Source: an uncultured Desulfobacter sp. (GTDB lineage: Bacteria > Desulfobacterota > Desulfobacteria > Desulfobacterales > Desulfobacteraceae). From it: DNA of 64,000 bases. The notes below the pieces were generated by a model. It did no database searches. It worked only from the letters and a program-made list of their open reading frames with translations, and was not told the DNA's origin. This document shows positions 20,198 through 30,329 of this stretch, in pieces (the stretch's first letter is position 1; the number at the start of each line of letters is the position of its first letter). A program made the position numbers and the translations under genes. The stretch covers positions 640,001 to 704,000 of the forward strand of contig OY762069.1 of NCBI GenBank assembly GCA_963665095.1, in the 5' to 3' direction.

Positions 20198-22192
20198 TTA
20201 TGAATTGGCTTCTGACGCCAAAGGCGCAAAGAACCGAAAAGCACTGCCCTGGCCCAATTTACTTTTTACGGTAATAACGCCGTTATTTGCCTGTGCAATT
20301 CCAAGAACAACTGACAGATCCAGCCCTCGGCCCGGATCCTTGGTTGAGAAGAACGGATCAAATATTCTTTCGATGTTCTGCGCGTCAATTCCGCAGCCTG
20401 AGTCGGCCACCTCCAGACAGGCATACTCTTTGTGACCGGGACGCCAATTTACCGGGAATCGATGCTTTCGGGGTATTTCGCTGGCCTGAACACTCTTCAG
20501 GCTCAGATAGACCCTGCCTTTTTTCTGATAGGACTCTGCGGCATTGGTAATAAGGTTGGTGACAAGTTGCTGAATTTGATTTGCATCTCCGGAAATCATG
20601 GGGCCCTGGGCCGGAAAATCTGCATCGATAACAATATGTTCTGACAATGAGGCGCATATAAGGGATATTGTCATATTACATACCTTGCCCATATCCATTT
20701 TTTCTTTTCCGGAGGTGCTTTTTCCAAGGTACGTCAGCATCAGATCACCTACTTTTGCCGCGTTTTCAGTAAGCTGAATTGCTTTTTTCAGATTTTCAAG
20801 AGGGGATTTATCCAGTTCAATTAATTTAAGGCTCACTTCCAGATGCCCCATAATCCCCATCAGGTGATTGTTGAAGTGGTGGGCAATTGCACCTGCCATC
20901 CGGCTGAGGCTTTCCTTTTTTTTGAGGTGCCAGTTTTGAATTTGCAGTTCTTCGGTTTTCTGTTCCGCTTTTTTTTGTTCAGTAATATCATGAACAATGG
21001 AATGCAGATAGTTTTGGCCGTTCATTTCAACACCACTGCTGAACACCTCGACGTCTCGTATGGAACCGTCGGCCAAACGGTGCTGGAAATCAAAAAGAAT
21101 CCGTTCCTGCGTTTTTGCAATTTCCATTAATTTCTTAATTTCATCAACGGATTTCGTGTTGATTTGATTAATGTTCATTTGCGCAAGTATGGTGCTGGGC
21201 CATCCATAAAAATCCGCTGCGGCTTTGTTGGCAGATATAATCCGGCCTGTATCAGGATCAATAATAAGCTTTACGGCGGCATGATTATCAAACAGGTTTC
21301 GAAATGTTCGTTCACTTTCCCGCAGTGCTGTTTCTGCATTTTTTCGATCGGTAATATCCCGAACAACCGCAAGAATGTGGGGTTTCTCATTTTGGTAGAA
21401 GATGTTTGAGTTTATTTCAACGGGAAATATTTCACCTGATTTTTTAATATGCAATGTTTCAAAAGAAAGCTGCCCTTTTTCGAGCAGTTTTTGCCTGTGA
21501 TCCGGTTTCGCATGGCCATTAACATCCGGCTTAACCGTAATATCGGGCGCTGAAAGCATCATCAACTCATCATAGGTATACCCATATCGCTTACATGCGA
21601 TGTCATTGACTTCGACAAACCGTTCAAATCCCTCGTGTTTCAAAGGATGGACAAAGATGGCGTCATTGATCGAATTAAAAAATGTCTTAATTCGCTCCGA
21701 TTGTACGAAAAGTTCGTCCTTGGCCAATTTAGATTCGGTAATATCTATGACCGTGCCAATGACTTTTTCAACCTTATCTCCTTTCCAGAGTGGTTCGGCT
21801 GTGGTTCTAACCCATATCTTTTTTCCTGACGATTGTCGAATTTCAAACTCAAGTTCATAGGCAATTCCGTCCTCTTCACATCTATGAAAAGCATCCAGCA
21901 CTTTAGACTGGTCATCCAGGCGATAGCACTCAAGGCTTGCATTAATATGGTCGGAAGAATCAGGGGGAAACTGGCTGGGATCAAATCCATGCAGCCGATA
22001 CATCTCTTTTGTCCAGTGCATCTTTTGCTGTTCTACATTCCATTCCCATCCGCCTGTTTTTGCCAGGCGTTGGGTATTGGAAAGCAGCTGCCGGTTGCGC
22101 TCCAATTTTTCAGATATCCGTTTGCTTTCAGCGATATCAACCGTCAAACTTTTCATGCCTTTAAATTTTTTTAACAATGATTTCAAAAACAT
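20198..22192 (-). CDS. Multi-PAS sensor histidine kinase
   Basis: Three PAS/PAC repeats, AGAIAHHFNN H-box, NLITNA, DSGCGID, FDPFFSTK. Confidence 0.93.
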   Translation of the reverse strand: MFLKSLLKKFKGMKSLTVDIAESKRISEKLERNRQLLSNTQRLAKTGGWEWNVEQQKMHWTKEMYRLHGFDPSQFPPDSSDHINASLECYRLDDQSKVLDAFHRCEEDGIAYELEFEIRQSSGKKIWVRTTAEPLWKGDKVEKVIGTVIDITESKLAKDELFVQSERIKTFFNSINDAIFVHPLKHEGFERFVEVNDIACKRYGYTYDELMMLSAPDITVKPDVNGHAKPDHRQKLLEKGQLSFETLHIKKSGEIFPVEINSNIFYQNEKPHILAVVRDITDRKNAETALRESERTFRNLFDNHAAVKLIIDPDTGRIISANKAAADFYGWPSTILAQMNINQINTKSVDEIKKLMEIAKTQERILFDFQHRLADGSIRDVEVFSSGVEMNGQNYLHSIVHDITEQKKAEQKTEELQIQNWHLKKKESLSRMAGAIAHHFNNHLMGIMGHLEVSLKLIELDKSPLENLKKAIQLTENAAKVGDLMLTYLGKSTSGKEKMDMGKVCNMTISLICASLSEHIVIDADFPAQGPMISGDANQIQQLVTNLITNAAESYQKKGRVYLSLKSVQASEIPRKHRFPVNWRPGHKEYACLEVADSGCGIDAQNIERIFDPFFSTKDPGRGLDLSVVLGIAQANNGVITVKSKLGQGSAFRFFAPLASEANS

Positions 22193-22226
22193 GTTCAGGT
22201 GCCCGAAGTTTCAAAAAAATTTATCT

Positions 22227-22249
22227 GTCAGCTTAGGAGCTAAGCTGAC
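22227..22249. repeat. Perfect 10-bp inverted repeat upstream of the kinase gene (possible operator)
   Basis: gtcagcttag-gag-ctaagctgac. Confidence 0.5.
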
Positions 22250-22529
22250 TGAAGCTTAACACAAAATTTATAAACGTTCCAAATATCTTAATTTTTTTAG
22301 CTCTGGTGGTCTTGTTTTAAAACAGGAGGCCGTTCAGGAGTTGGCGGGCCAGGGCGTCATTTTTTGCCGCAGTATTTTAAACGGGACCGGCCGAACCTGG
22401 CTTGAATATATGCCATTATTATTTTAAATTACTCCTCTAAAGCTGCTATTATATCATTGATAAAATGCATGCTTTGGGGCGGCAGAAACCGAAACCCACC
22501 ACGGGCCAATTTAACAGGGATCCATAATA

Positions 22530-23936
22530 GTGATATGTGTTGTGAAACAGGCGGTCGTTTTAGCAGGATTGCTAATCATGATTGCTTTTGCCCGGGAGGG
22601 CATGGCAGCAGAAGATAGCTACACGCTTGAATTTACTCAGACCGAGCGGAAATGGCTGGATCAGAAAAGGACATTGCGGTTCAGTGAAGTTAACTGGAAG
22701 CCCCTGTCCGATGTTGACGGGTTTCCTGTCTACCAGGGTATTATTGCAGAGTATTTGAAACTTGTATCCGATGCCACGGGTATTAAAATGGCGTTTCACA
22801 AAAGTGACACGTGGCATGACGTTATTGAAAAATTTAAAGCCGATAAGATTGATTTAATACCGGCGCTCTCCATCCGGGATGATATCGGGGTCGATGTTGT
22901 ATTTACCCAGCCCTACCTGACCTTTCCGCTGGTAATCGCAACACGGCCGGCCATTGATTTCATCGGCTATACCAATGAATTAAATAAAAAAATAGTTGGT
23001 GTCGGCAGAAACTATACCAGTTATTATTTTTTGAAAAACAATTACCCGAAAATCACCCTGATCCAGACAGACGATGTGCCGCAAGGTCTGAAAATGTTGG
23101 AAGGCGGTGAGATTGATGCTTTTGTGGGGCACCTGGCTGTTATCCTGCATACCATCAACAATACCACGTTGAATGTCAAGATTGCGGGCAAAACAGAATA
23201 TGATTTTGAACACCGGATGGGGTTTCATAAAAATGATGAGATCGCTGCAGGGATATTCAATAAGGTGTTTTCACAGATTCCGGATCAGCAGCACAATCTG
23301 ATTTATAATAAATGGATTGAAATGGGCGATAAAAGGATCAACTATGCACTGATCTGGAAAGTAGCCGTCATTCTGGCCGTGTTTTTTTCAGGTGTGGGTG
23401 CGGTCATTATTTATCGATATTACCTTTTGAATCAGTTAAACCAAAAGCTGATAACAATGGCCAATACAGATGCCCTGACCCAGTGTGCCAATAGGAAAAA
23501 AATAAATGAGGATTTAAAGCTGGCAGAGTATAACTGGCATCGGTACCATATCCCTTTCAGTCTTATTCTGATTGATCTGGATAATTTCAAGCATGTTAAT
23601 GATTCATTCGGCCATGCAGTCGGAGATAAGGTTTTAAAAGATCTTTCTTTAATTTTGAAAAATAATGTCAGGATAACAGATACCGTTGGCCGGTGGGGTG
23701 GCGAGGAGTTTTTGATTGTCTGCGGGAATACCAATATCTACGGGGCAAAAGAGACAGCAGAAAAACTACGCAAACTTATCCATTCCCATCACTTTCCGGA
23801 AATAGAAAACATGACCGCCTCCTTTGGCATTTCCCAGTGCGGGGAAGAGGAGTTAATCAAAGATTTTTTTGTCCGTATTGATGCGGCCCTTTATCGCGCC
23901 AAAGAAAAGGGGAAAAATCGTATTGAGATATCATAG
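22530..23936 (+). CDS. Diguanylate cyclase with a periplasmic substrate-binding (SBP family 3) sensor
   Basis: Signal peptide, SBP domain, TM helix, DLDNFKHVNDSFGH, RWGGEEF. Confidence 0.95.
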   Translation: MICVVKQAVVLAGLLIMIAFAREGMAAEDSYTLEFTQTERKWLDQKRTLRFSEVNWKPLSDVDGFPVYQGIIAEYLKLVSDATGIKMAFHKSDTWHDVIEKFKADKIDLIPALSIRDDIGVDVVFTQPYLTFPLVIATRPAIDFIGYTNELNKKIVGVGRNYTSYYFLKNNYPKITLIQTDDVPQGLKMLEGGEIDAFVGHLAVILHTINNTTLNVKIAGKTEYDFEHRMGFHKNDEIAAGIFNKVFSQIPDQQHNLIYNKWIEMGDKRINYALIWKVAVILAVFFSGVGAVIIYRYYLLNQLNQKLITMANTDALTQCANRKKINEDLKLAEYNWHRYHIPFSLILIDLDNFKHVNDSFGHAVGDKVLKDLSLILKNNVRITDTVGRWGGEEFLIVCGNTNIYGAKETAEKLRKLIHSHHFPEIENMTASFGISQCGEEELIKDFFVRIDAALYRAKEKGKNRIEIS

Positions 23937-24334
23937 TCCCCCATTTTGTGAGTATGTGCGAAGGGATTGTCTGCAATCATCTGCAGCAGGCGTTCAATCT
24001 TCGAGTTGCCGCTTTTATTCAATTTTCCTGGCAGGGAATGCCAGTGAAAAGCAGCGGTAAGGCAGAGTCTGGGAAGCATTGGAAAGCCAGGACAAATGTT
24101 TGTATCTGCTTGCTGGCCGGAATCGCTTTATGGACACAATCAAGACGATTTTTTTTGTATAAAAGACAGTTTCATGGCCAAAATTTTTTATCCCTGCACT
24201 CAGATTTAGATGAAATATGTAATTGCAACTGAAGCAAAGGAGAGTAAAAAAGTTAGGGGTAAGGTCTCAGGAAATCTTCCCAAAGGTAAGGCGTCCTGAA
24301 TTGTCTGATTGAAGATCCGGGATTAACAATAAGC

Positions 24335-24363
24335 TTGACAAATATTGGGTTCCTTTATATAGC
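24335..24363 (+). promoter_or_regulatory. Candidate sigma70 promoter of the RiPP operon
   Basis: TTGACA-17 nt-TATAGC, about 90 nt upstream of the ATG at 24456. Confidence 0.55.
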
Positions 24364-24455
24364 TTTTACATTATTCGTATAAGAAATTTGTGGTTCAAGT
24401 GGTCGGGCGGATTTAATTGCACAAATGTAATAATTGTGATTGAAGACGTGGAGTT

Positions 24456-24920
24456 ATGTGGAGAATCAAACTCACTTTTGAAGTGATAACAGCTTTTGTT
24501 CATGCCAACTTAATTTTGTTGTTTACTAAAAACAAAATTCAAGTGCCTGCTGTAACAGAATCGACGTATTCTTATACTCAGGAAATTCAAAAATGGGTGA
24601 AATTTACCGATTTTCTTTTAAAATTCATGATTTACACACGCAAACACAATTGTTTTTTCAGGTCATTTGTTCGTATGAAAATATTAAGAAAAAGGAATGT
24701 ACCGGTAAAACTGAATATTGGTCTTCGAAATCTTGACGCGGATATTCATACACGTGGGCATTGCTGGCTGACGCTCGAAGACAGTCTGTTTTATGAAAAC
24801 ATGCTGTCTGAAACGCATCTGCTCCCTGATAAATTGTATCCTTTTTTTTTAGGTTCTTATAACGATGTGGTGTATTGGGTGAATGGGAAAGATGGAGATG
24901 ATTTAGTGAGATCGTCATAA
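24456..24920 (+). CDS. Lasso peptide biosynthesis B2-type leader peptidase (transglutaminase-like)
   Basis: NCFFRS...VKLNIG...GHCWL matches the CLxRS / GV / AHAW Cys-His pattern of B2 proteases; adjacent to an RRE gene. Confidence 0.82.
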   Translation: MWRIKLTFEVITAFVHANLILLFTKNKIQVPAVTESTYSYTQEIQKWVKFTDFLLKFMIYTRKHNCFFRSFVRMKILRKRNVPVKLNIGLRNLDADIHTRGHCWLTLEDSLFYENMLSETHLLPDKLYPFFLGSYNDVVYWVNGKDGDDLVRSS

Positions 24921-24972
24921 CGTAAACAGTAAAAATAAAAATTCTTGGAATTTGAAAGGTATAGAACGTAAC

Positions 24973-25260
24973 ATGCCAAGTCAAATTAACGATCAGGATA
25001 AATTCAAGCCAGTTGATGAAGTAACCTGGCGGGATATCAATGATGAAGTTGTTGCATTAAAGCTGGTTTCAGGGGAATATTATTCTTTTAATGAAATTGG
25101 AAGGCTTTCGTGGCTCTCTTTGACAGAAGGCAAACAGGTTTCACAAATTGTTGAAGATATCCTTAACAATTATGAAACAACCCCGGATCAGGCTGAAAAA
25201 GACTTGAATGAATTTATCCATGGATTGATAGAAAATAATTTATTGATCAAGGATGAATAA
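24973..25260 (+). CDS. PqqD-family RiPP recognition element (lasso B1-like)
   Basis: VTWRDINDEVVAL..GEYYSFNEIGRLSWLSL...AEKDLNEFIHGLIENNLL is the typical PqqD pattern; about 95 aa. Confidence 0.92.
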   Translation: MPSQINDQDKFKPVDEVTWRDINDEVVALKLVSGEYYSFNEIGRLSWLSLTEGKQVSQIVEDILNNYETTPDQAEKDLNEFIHGLIENNLLIKDE

Positions 25261-25299
25261 TTAGAATAAGTAAAAACTATGAAAGGAGGTGGGAAAAGG

Positions 25300-25383
25300 A
25301 TGAAAAAAGAATATGTTGCCCCAATGTTTTTCAAACATGCACCGCTGGAATCAGTAAGTACTACTTATTATTACTACTACTAA
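25300..25383 (+). CDS. Putative RiPP precursor peptide MKKEYVAPMFFKHAPLESVSTTYYYYY (27 aa; not in the ORF track)
   Basis: Strong SD AAGGAGGT at 25283-25290; YxxP leader motif; directly downstream of the RRE gene; ends in five Tyr then TAA (an alternative in-frame ATG lies at 25279). Confidence 0.88.
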   Translation: MKKEYVAPMFFKHAPLESVSTTYYYYY

Positions 25384-25488
25384 GTGGTGATTGGGTTATC
25401 TGTTGGATGAGACAGACAATCCGTGAGTCGGCTTTGTCTATTAATTTTAGGATGGACCCGATTTAATTTCAAACATGCAGTTCAAAGG

Positions 25489-25529
25489 ATATTGGCCAAG
25501 CGCCACTCTAAGTGGTGTTTGGCCAATAT
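25489..25529 (+). terminator. 19-bp stem-loop downstream of the precursor (attenuator or mRNA-stabilising hairpin)
   Basis: atattggccaagcgccact-cta-agtggtgtttggccaatat (two G-U pairs) followed by ttt. Confidence 0.7.
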
Positions 25530-25541
25530 TTTGGGAAAATT

Positions 25542-26564
25542 ATGGGATACGCACTCGGCGATATAACTTTTGATATTAAAGGATCTGAGACGCTGGTTAA
25601 AAAAGCGGTCTGCATCATGTTTGAGCTTGTCAAATGTCCTTTGAGTGATCCGGAACTTTCATTCCTGGTTCACGAGATTGAAGGGAATAATAGAGCCGCG
25701 CTTGAAAAAATTTTACCTCAATGGAGCGTGGAGAAAGCCCTTTCTCAGCCCCCATCGAATGACGTGGTAATGTACTTTGGCAATTCGTCAGACTTATGTA
25801 CAGAGGTTCTATCCGTCGCCGTTGATGACCTGTCTGTTTTTTGTTGTTATTACAGGCCGACTGATAAGGTTATTCACTATGTCCTTTACAAAAAGAACCC
25901 CGGTGCTGTGCTTTTATCTGTATCTTCAGTGATTGTGCCCACACTTTCAGAGTTGTTTTTTCAACACGCTAAAATGTTATTTCATGCTGCATCTGTTTAT
26001 ATCCCGGAGGCTGACACCGGGGTAATGATCGCTGCAGACAGTGGCGGTGGAAAAACAACCACGACCCTATCTTTATTGAGAAACGGGGCCAAAATGATCT
26101 GTGATGATTTAACCCTCGTCGGACCGGGACAAAATCAGACTTTGACCATGTCAGGGTTTCCCGAAAAAATGAATTTAACTGAAGATACCATATGTTTTTT
26201 CCCGGAATTGGCAGCACTGAGAAATGAGATTGCCCCTAATTTCCATTCAAAAAAATATCCAGTATTAATCAGCGATGTTTATGGAAACAACTGCATGGCT
26301 AAAAGTTGCAGGCTCGATCTTATTTACTTTATTTCCCGTAAGGATGACACGCCTTCTGCTACCCCCATGAATTTGTCTGAAGCATTTGGGAAGCTGTTAA
26401 AAGCCTGTACATTTGCCATAGAGCAGAACCCCACTAAGGAAAGGGCATCAAAATTGTTTTCAATTCTTGGGTCAGCTAAAATTTTTAAGTTGAATTCCGG
26501 AACCGATCCGGACCTGCTTGGCAGATGGATTATGGATAATTGTCAAAAACATTTGGCATCCTGA
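25542..26564 (+). CDS. HPr-kinase-like P-loop kinase (RiPP tailoring type)
   Basis: LFHAASV...MIAADSGGGKTT...MICDDL, the signature of HprK-related kinases. Confidence 0.82.
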   Translation: MGYALGDITFDIKGSETLVKKAVCIMFELVKCPLSDPELSFLVHEIEGNNRAALEKILPQWSVEKALSQPPSNDVVMYFGNSSDLCTEVLSVAVDDLSVFCCYYRPTDKVIHYVLYKKNPGAVLLSVSSVIVPTLSELFFQHAKMLFHAASVYIPEADTGVMIAADSGGGKTTTTLSLLRNGAKMICDDLTLVGPGQNQTLTMSGFPEKMNLTEDTICFFPELAALRNEIAPNFHSKKYPVLISDVYGNNCMAKSCRLDLIYFISRKDDTPSATPMNLSEAFGKLLKACTFAIEQNPTKERASKLFSILGSAKIFKLNSGTDPDLLGRWIMDNCQKHLAS

Positions 26565-26589
26565 TTTGCCAGATGACATCATAACGCGT

Positions 26590-28395
26590 ATGAATGAAAC
26601 TCGGGACAATAATAAATCACATAAAATAAGTGGGTTGGCTATGCTTGGTGACGCCGGTATCAGAACCATATCTATCCGGCGTACTTTAAAGTTTTTGTGG
26701 TATTACACAACACCTTACCTGACGGATCTGGCAAAAACATTTTTAACCTCCCTGCCGTTGATCTGCATGGGATGGACTATCCCCTGGATTTTTAAGAAAG
26801 TAACGGAACTTTTTGTACAGAATACCCCGTTAAAATCCATCATCCTGTGGCTGGTTATCGGGCTGTTAGCTGTCAGTCTCAAAAGTCTTCTCGAGATAAT
26901 TACCCAATACATCATGACCATTCTGCATGTTAAATTAAGTAATGATATCCGCAATGATATATATGAATATATTCAGAAAAATCCTTTAAGTTTTCATGTT
27001 CAGAATCGAAGCGGAGAGTTATCTAGTCTGATAACCAACGATACTTTTTCAGCAGCGGCCGGTGTCCTTGAAACCTATTCAACATTATGGCAGAATCCTG
27101 CAACCATTCTTTGCCTGATTGCTGTGATGCTTTATTTCAATCCTATCCTATCTGTTTTTGCCATCATTTCGGTCCCGATTATCAGTCTGTTAGTGGCAAA
27201 AGCAGGAAAAAAAGCACTTCAGGCAGAAAGAAACTATCTCGACAGGCAGAGCAAAATTCTTGGATGGATGGTTGAGTCTCTGGTAAATATCAAGCAGGTC
27301 AAATCATTCAACCTTGAAGACGAACGTAAGAAAAAAGTTGTTTCATACGGGGAAGATCTGATTCTGTTTCGAAGAAAAGCCCTGATGTCAAAGCTGATCG
27401 TCTCCCCTATCACCGAAATTGCCAGCAGCCTGACATTAATTTTAATGGGAGTTGTCGCATATCATCAGTTAGCCAACGGCTACACGACCTCCGGTGATAT
27501 TGTTGGCTGCCTTACTGCAGCCATCAGTCTAAAAAAACCCATTAAATCATTGTCTACTTCTTACGTTATTCTGCAAAAATCCATCGCGGCCATTGGAAGA
27601 ATCTCAGGGGTCGTTGGTACAATCACCGAGGTGGATGACGGCCGTGATTTTAATGAGTTGGTAAATGAAATTTCTTTCAAAAATATCGGCTATTCCTATG
27701 ACGGCCGCCATACTATTTTAAACCAGGTATCCTTTAAGATCCGTAAAGGTGAGAAAGTTGCCATCATAGGAAAATCAGGAGCAGGGAAAACCACATTGAT
27801 AGATTTACTCATTGGTTTTTTTCCCTGTCAGAAAGGTGAAATTGAAATCAACCAGATAAATCTGAAACAGATCCAACCAGCCTCCTGGCGAAGACATATC
27901 GGTGTTGTCACCCAGGAGCCCTATCTTTTTGATACAAGCATTGAAGAAAATATACGGGTGGGAGATCCGTCTGCCTCAGATGATCGCATCATGGACGTGA
28001 TCCGTCAGGCTGGCTGCAGCGAAATCATATCCAGACAACCCTATGGTATGCATACCAAGGTCGGGGAAAGAGGATTGCGGCTTTCAGGTGGTGAGCGCAA
28101 ACGTATTGCCCTTGCGCGCGCCCTGATACGTCCCATATCTGTCTTAATCCTTGATGAGGCCACAGGTGAGCTGGATCATGAAACTGAAAAAGGTATCCTT
28201 GAAACCATTGCCAGATTGTCATCAGATCTCATTATTATTCATGTTTCCCACAGAGACAGCGTACTTGATTATTGTGACCGGGCATTGATGATTAACCAGG
28301 GCAGGGTTCAGGAGGTGAGCATTGAGGCGTGCCGGGATAAGATCAAAACGCTGCAGAATGGGGATGTCGAGAAAAAAAGGGCTTCATTCAGGTGA
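26590..28395 (+). CDS. ABC transporter, fused permease/ATPase (exporter); start codon uncertain
   Basis: TM domain; GKSGAGKTT, LSGGERKRIALARA, LILDEAT; no N-terminal C39 peptidase domain. Confidence 0.93.
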   Translation: MNETRDNNKSHKISGLAMLGDAGIRTISIRRTLKFLWYYTTPYLTDLAKTFLTSLPLICMGWTIPWIFKKVTELFVQNTPLKSIILWLVIGLLAVSLKSLLEIITQYIMTILHVKLSNDIRNDIYEYIQKNPLSFHVQNRSGELSSLITNDTFSAAAGVLETYSTLWQNPATILCLIAVMLYFNPILSVFAIISVPIISLLVAKAGKKALQAERNYLDRQSKILGWMVESLVNIKQVKSFNLEDERKKKVVSYGEDLILFRRKALMSKLIVSPITEIASSLTLILMGVVAYHQLANGYTTSGDIVGCLTAAISLKKPIKSLSTSYVILQKSIAAIGRISGVVGTITEVDDGRDFNELVNEISFKNIGYSYDGRHTILNQVSFKIRKGEKVAIIGKSGAGKTTLIDLLIGFFPCQKGEIEINQINLKQIQPASWRRHIGVVTQEPYLFDTSIEENIRVGDPSASDDRIMDVIRQAGCSEIISRQPYGMHTKVGERGLRLSGGERKRIALARALIRPISVLILDEATGELDHETEKGILETIARLSSDLIIIHVSHRDSVLDYCDRALMINQGRVQEVSIEACRDKIKTLQNGDVEKKRASFR

Positions 28396-29222
28396 TGACT
28401 GCAACCATTTTAAATAGCAAAAAACAAAATCTGGCCTGTTTTTTTGACCGCCCGTCTAACTGCCGTGTTCTTCAGGAGGACCGGAATAAGGTGCTTTTAA
28501 AAACTGAGGATCCGGAAAATGCGCTTTTTATAAAAATTTTTAAATATCCGGAACTGATCGCTTCAAGATTTCAATATGGCAGATTTTCAGGTGGTAACCT
28601 TGAGCTTAAAAACTGTTTCAGACTGGCCCGGAAAGGTATTCGAACACCTGAGCCCATTGGCAGTGCCGTAAAACGAAACCGGCTTGGTTTTCCTGTCCAG
28701 TCCCTCTATGCGGCCCGGTGGGTTAAGGATTCATTTCCATTGCCGGTTTATATGGACCGGGGCTTGGCAGGCCGGCTTTCAAGTGGGTTTTCAATGGAAC
28801 GGTTCGTTGAAAATCTTGGGGTTTTTGTAGGGAAAATCAATCGTCAGGGTATATATTCCACAGACTTTAATGTAAGAAATTTTCTTGTAACACAGAGGAC
28901 AGAGTCTGAGAAAAATGGATCTGAAGAAATTTTTCTTGTGGACTATGAACGACTTTTTTTCAGAAGAGAAGTAAAATTGAAAGGTGCGCTTGTCGGTTTG
29001 TCCCATATAGGGGCACACCTGGTTTATGTGGATCCGGAGTTGATTTTTCCTTTCTGCACCGGTTTTGTCCGTCAATATTCGATTGGAATACCCTGTAAGG
29101 CTTTCGCTGATCTGGTAATGACGGCCTCTTTGAAAAAAAAGGAGCAATGGGATAGGGGCATTGCGAAAAAATTTGATCGGATAGCACGGCATATGTCCCA
29201 GAAAAGTTCTTCCAAAGGATAA
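28392..29222 (+). CDS. Kdo/WaaP (InaA)-family protein-kinase-like kinase
   Basis: LFIKIF, E..N...L...GIRTPEPIG, GIYSTDFNVRNFLV, FLVDYE. Confidence 0.78.
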   Translation: MMTATILNSKKQNLACFFDRPSNCRVLQEDRNKVLLKTEDPENALFIKIFKYPELIASRFQYGRFSGGNLELKNCFRLARKGIRTPEPIGSAVKRNRLGFPVQSLYAARWVKDSFPLPVYMDRGLAGRLSSGFSMERFVENLGVFVGKINRQGIYSTDFNVRNFLVTQRTESEKNGSEEIFLVDYERLFFRREVKLKGALVGLSHIGAHLVYVDPELIFPFCTGFVRQYSIGIPCKAFADLVMTASLKKKEQWDRGIAKKFDRIARHMSQKSSSKG

Positions 29223-29228
29223 ATATTA

Positions 29229-30314
29229 TTGATTTCAAAACCATCTCCCTTTATTGATGCTGAGTCCGGCAAGAAACTGTTAAGCAAACTGCTGCTCAGT
29301 CAGATGAATGCAGAGTCCCAGGATTTACGGCCGGTGCTCGGCCATCTGTCAGCGCACAGGTGGAGTAACTGGGTAACTGCCCACGGGTTCTCAAGCCTTT
29401 TTTTATATGCATGCAGTGACAGGGATATGATCCCTGAGTCCGTGCGGTTACAGTGGGAAAAGCTGCAGATCCAGCTCATGTTTAAAAATATTGGATTTTT
29501 TAAGACCGCGGACATGTTATTTGGGGAGCTTGAGAATGCTGGGATCAAAGCGGTTGCCATGCGGGGGGTGACACTTTTATATAAAATATATGCGGATCCC
29601 TGCATAAGGGTGATGGGAGATGTTGATATACTGATAAATCCACAGGATCATGAGATGCTGCGAACTTATCTGGCTGAAAGAAATTTCATCCCTAAAGCCA
29701 TTCATCGCAGCCAGTATGTCTACAAATTTGGCACCAGCAATGTTGAAATCCACTGGTCTTTAATTACGGCAAGGCGATACCGGGAAAGGATGGATACATC
29801 TGAGTTTATCTCAACCAGGCAACCTTTAGAGGTTAAGGATGGCCGTATTTTCTGCCTTACACCCGAAAATGAGTTGATTGGTCTGATAACCCATGCTGTT
29901 ATCCACCATGAACTTACCATCCTTAAACAGCTCTTTGATATTGCCCTTTATCTGCCCATGCCGGGTATCGACTGGCATTATATCGCAACTTGGTGTCGTA
30001 ACGCCCAGATGACCCGGATGTTTGTTTTTACCATCCAGTTGACAGGCCGCCTTTTTGAACTGGACGTGTCAAATATCCTTGGCCATTTTTACATCCAGCT
30101 TCCCAAATCCTGGGGAAAAATTATTGACGCATATATTGACGCTTTTTTTACAGTGGATATGTCGCAACTGTTTGCCCGAAAAAGAAATGCCATATACATG
30201 GCTGAAGGCCCATTAAAAAAGCTTGAGCAGTTTTTCACAATGTTCAGCATGTCCGAGGCAAAGGATATTTATAAAAGATATTTTGAAATTGATCACAAAG
30301 AGATAACAAATTAA
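29229..30314 (+). CDS. Nucleotidyltransferase family protein (NTP_transf_5 type, as found in some lasso clusters)
   Basis: MRGVTL...Y..PCIRVMGDVDILI, VEIHW, HAVIHH, LFDIA. Confidence 0.85.
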   Translation: MISKPSPFIDAESGKKLLSKLLLSQMNAESQDLRPVLGHLSAHRWSNWVTAHGFSSLFLYACSDRDMIPESVRLQWEKLQIQLMFKNIGFFKTADMLFGELENAGIKAVAMRGVTLLYKIYADPCIRVMGDVDILINPQDHEMLRTYLAERNFIPKAIHRSQYVYKFGTSNVEIHWSLITARRYRERMDTSEFISTRQPLEVKDGRIFCLTPENELIGLITHAVIHHELTILKQLFDIALYLPMPGIDWHYIATWCRNAQMTRMFVFTIQLTGRLFELDVSNILGHFYIQLPKSWGKIIDAYIDAFFTVDMSQLFARKRNAIYMAEGPLKKLEQFFTMFSMSEAKDIYKRYFEIDHKEITN

Positions 30315-30329
30315 TGTCACCGTTGAATT

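Noticed and set aside
25360..25380. ACT/TAT/TAC run as a mere microsatellite
   Set aside because: It lies in frame in an ORF with a strong SD and a YxxP leader next to an RRE gene, and it uses mixed codons
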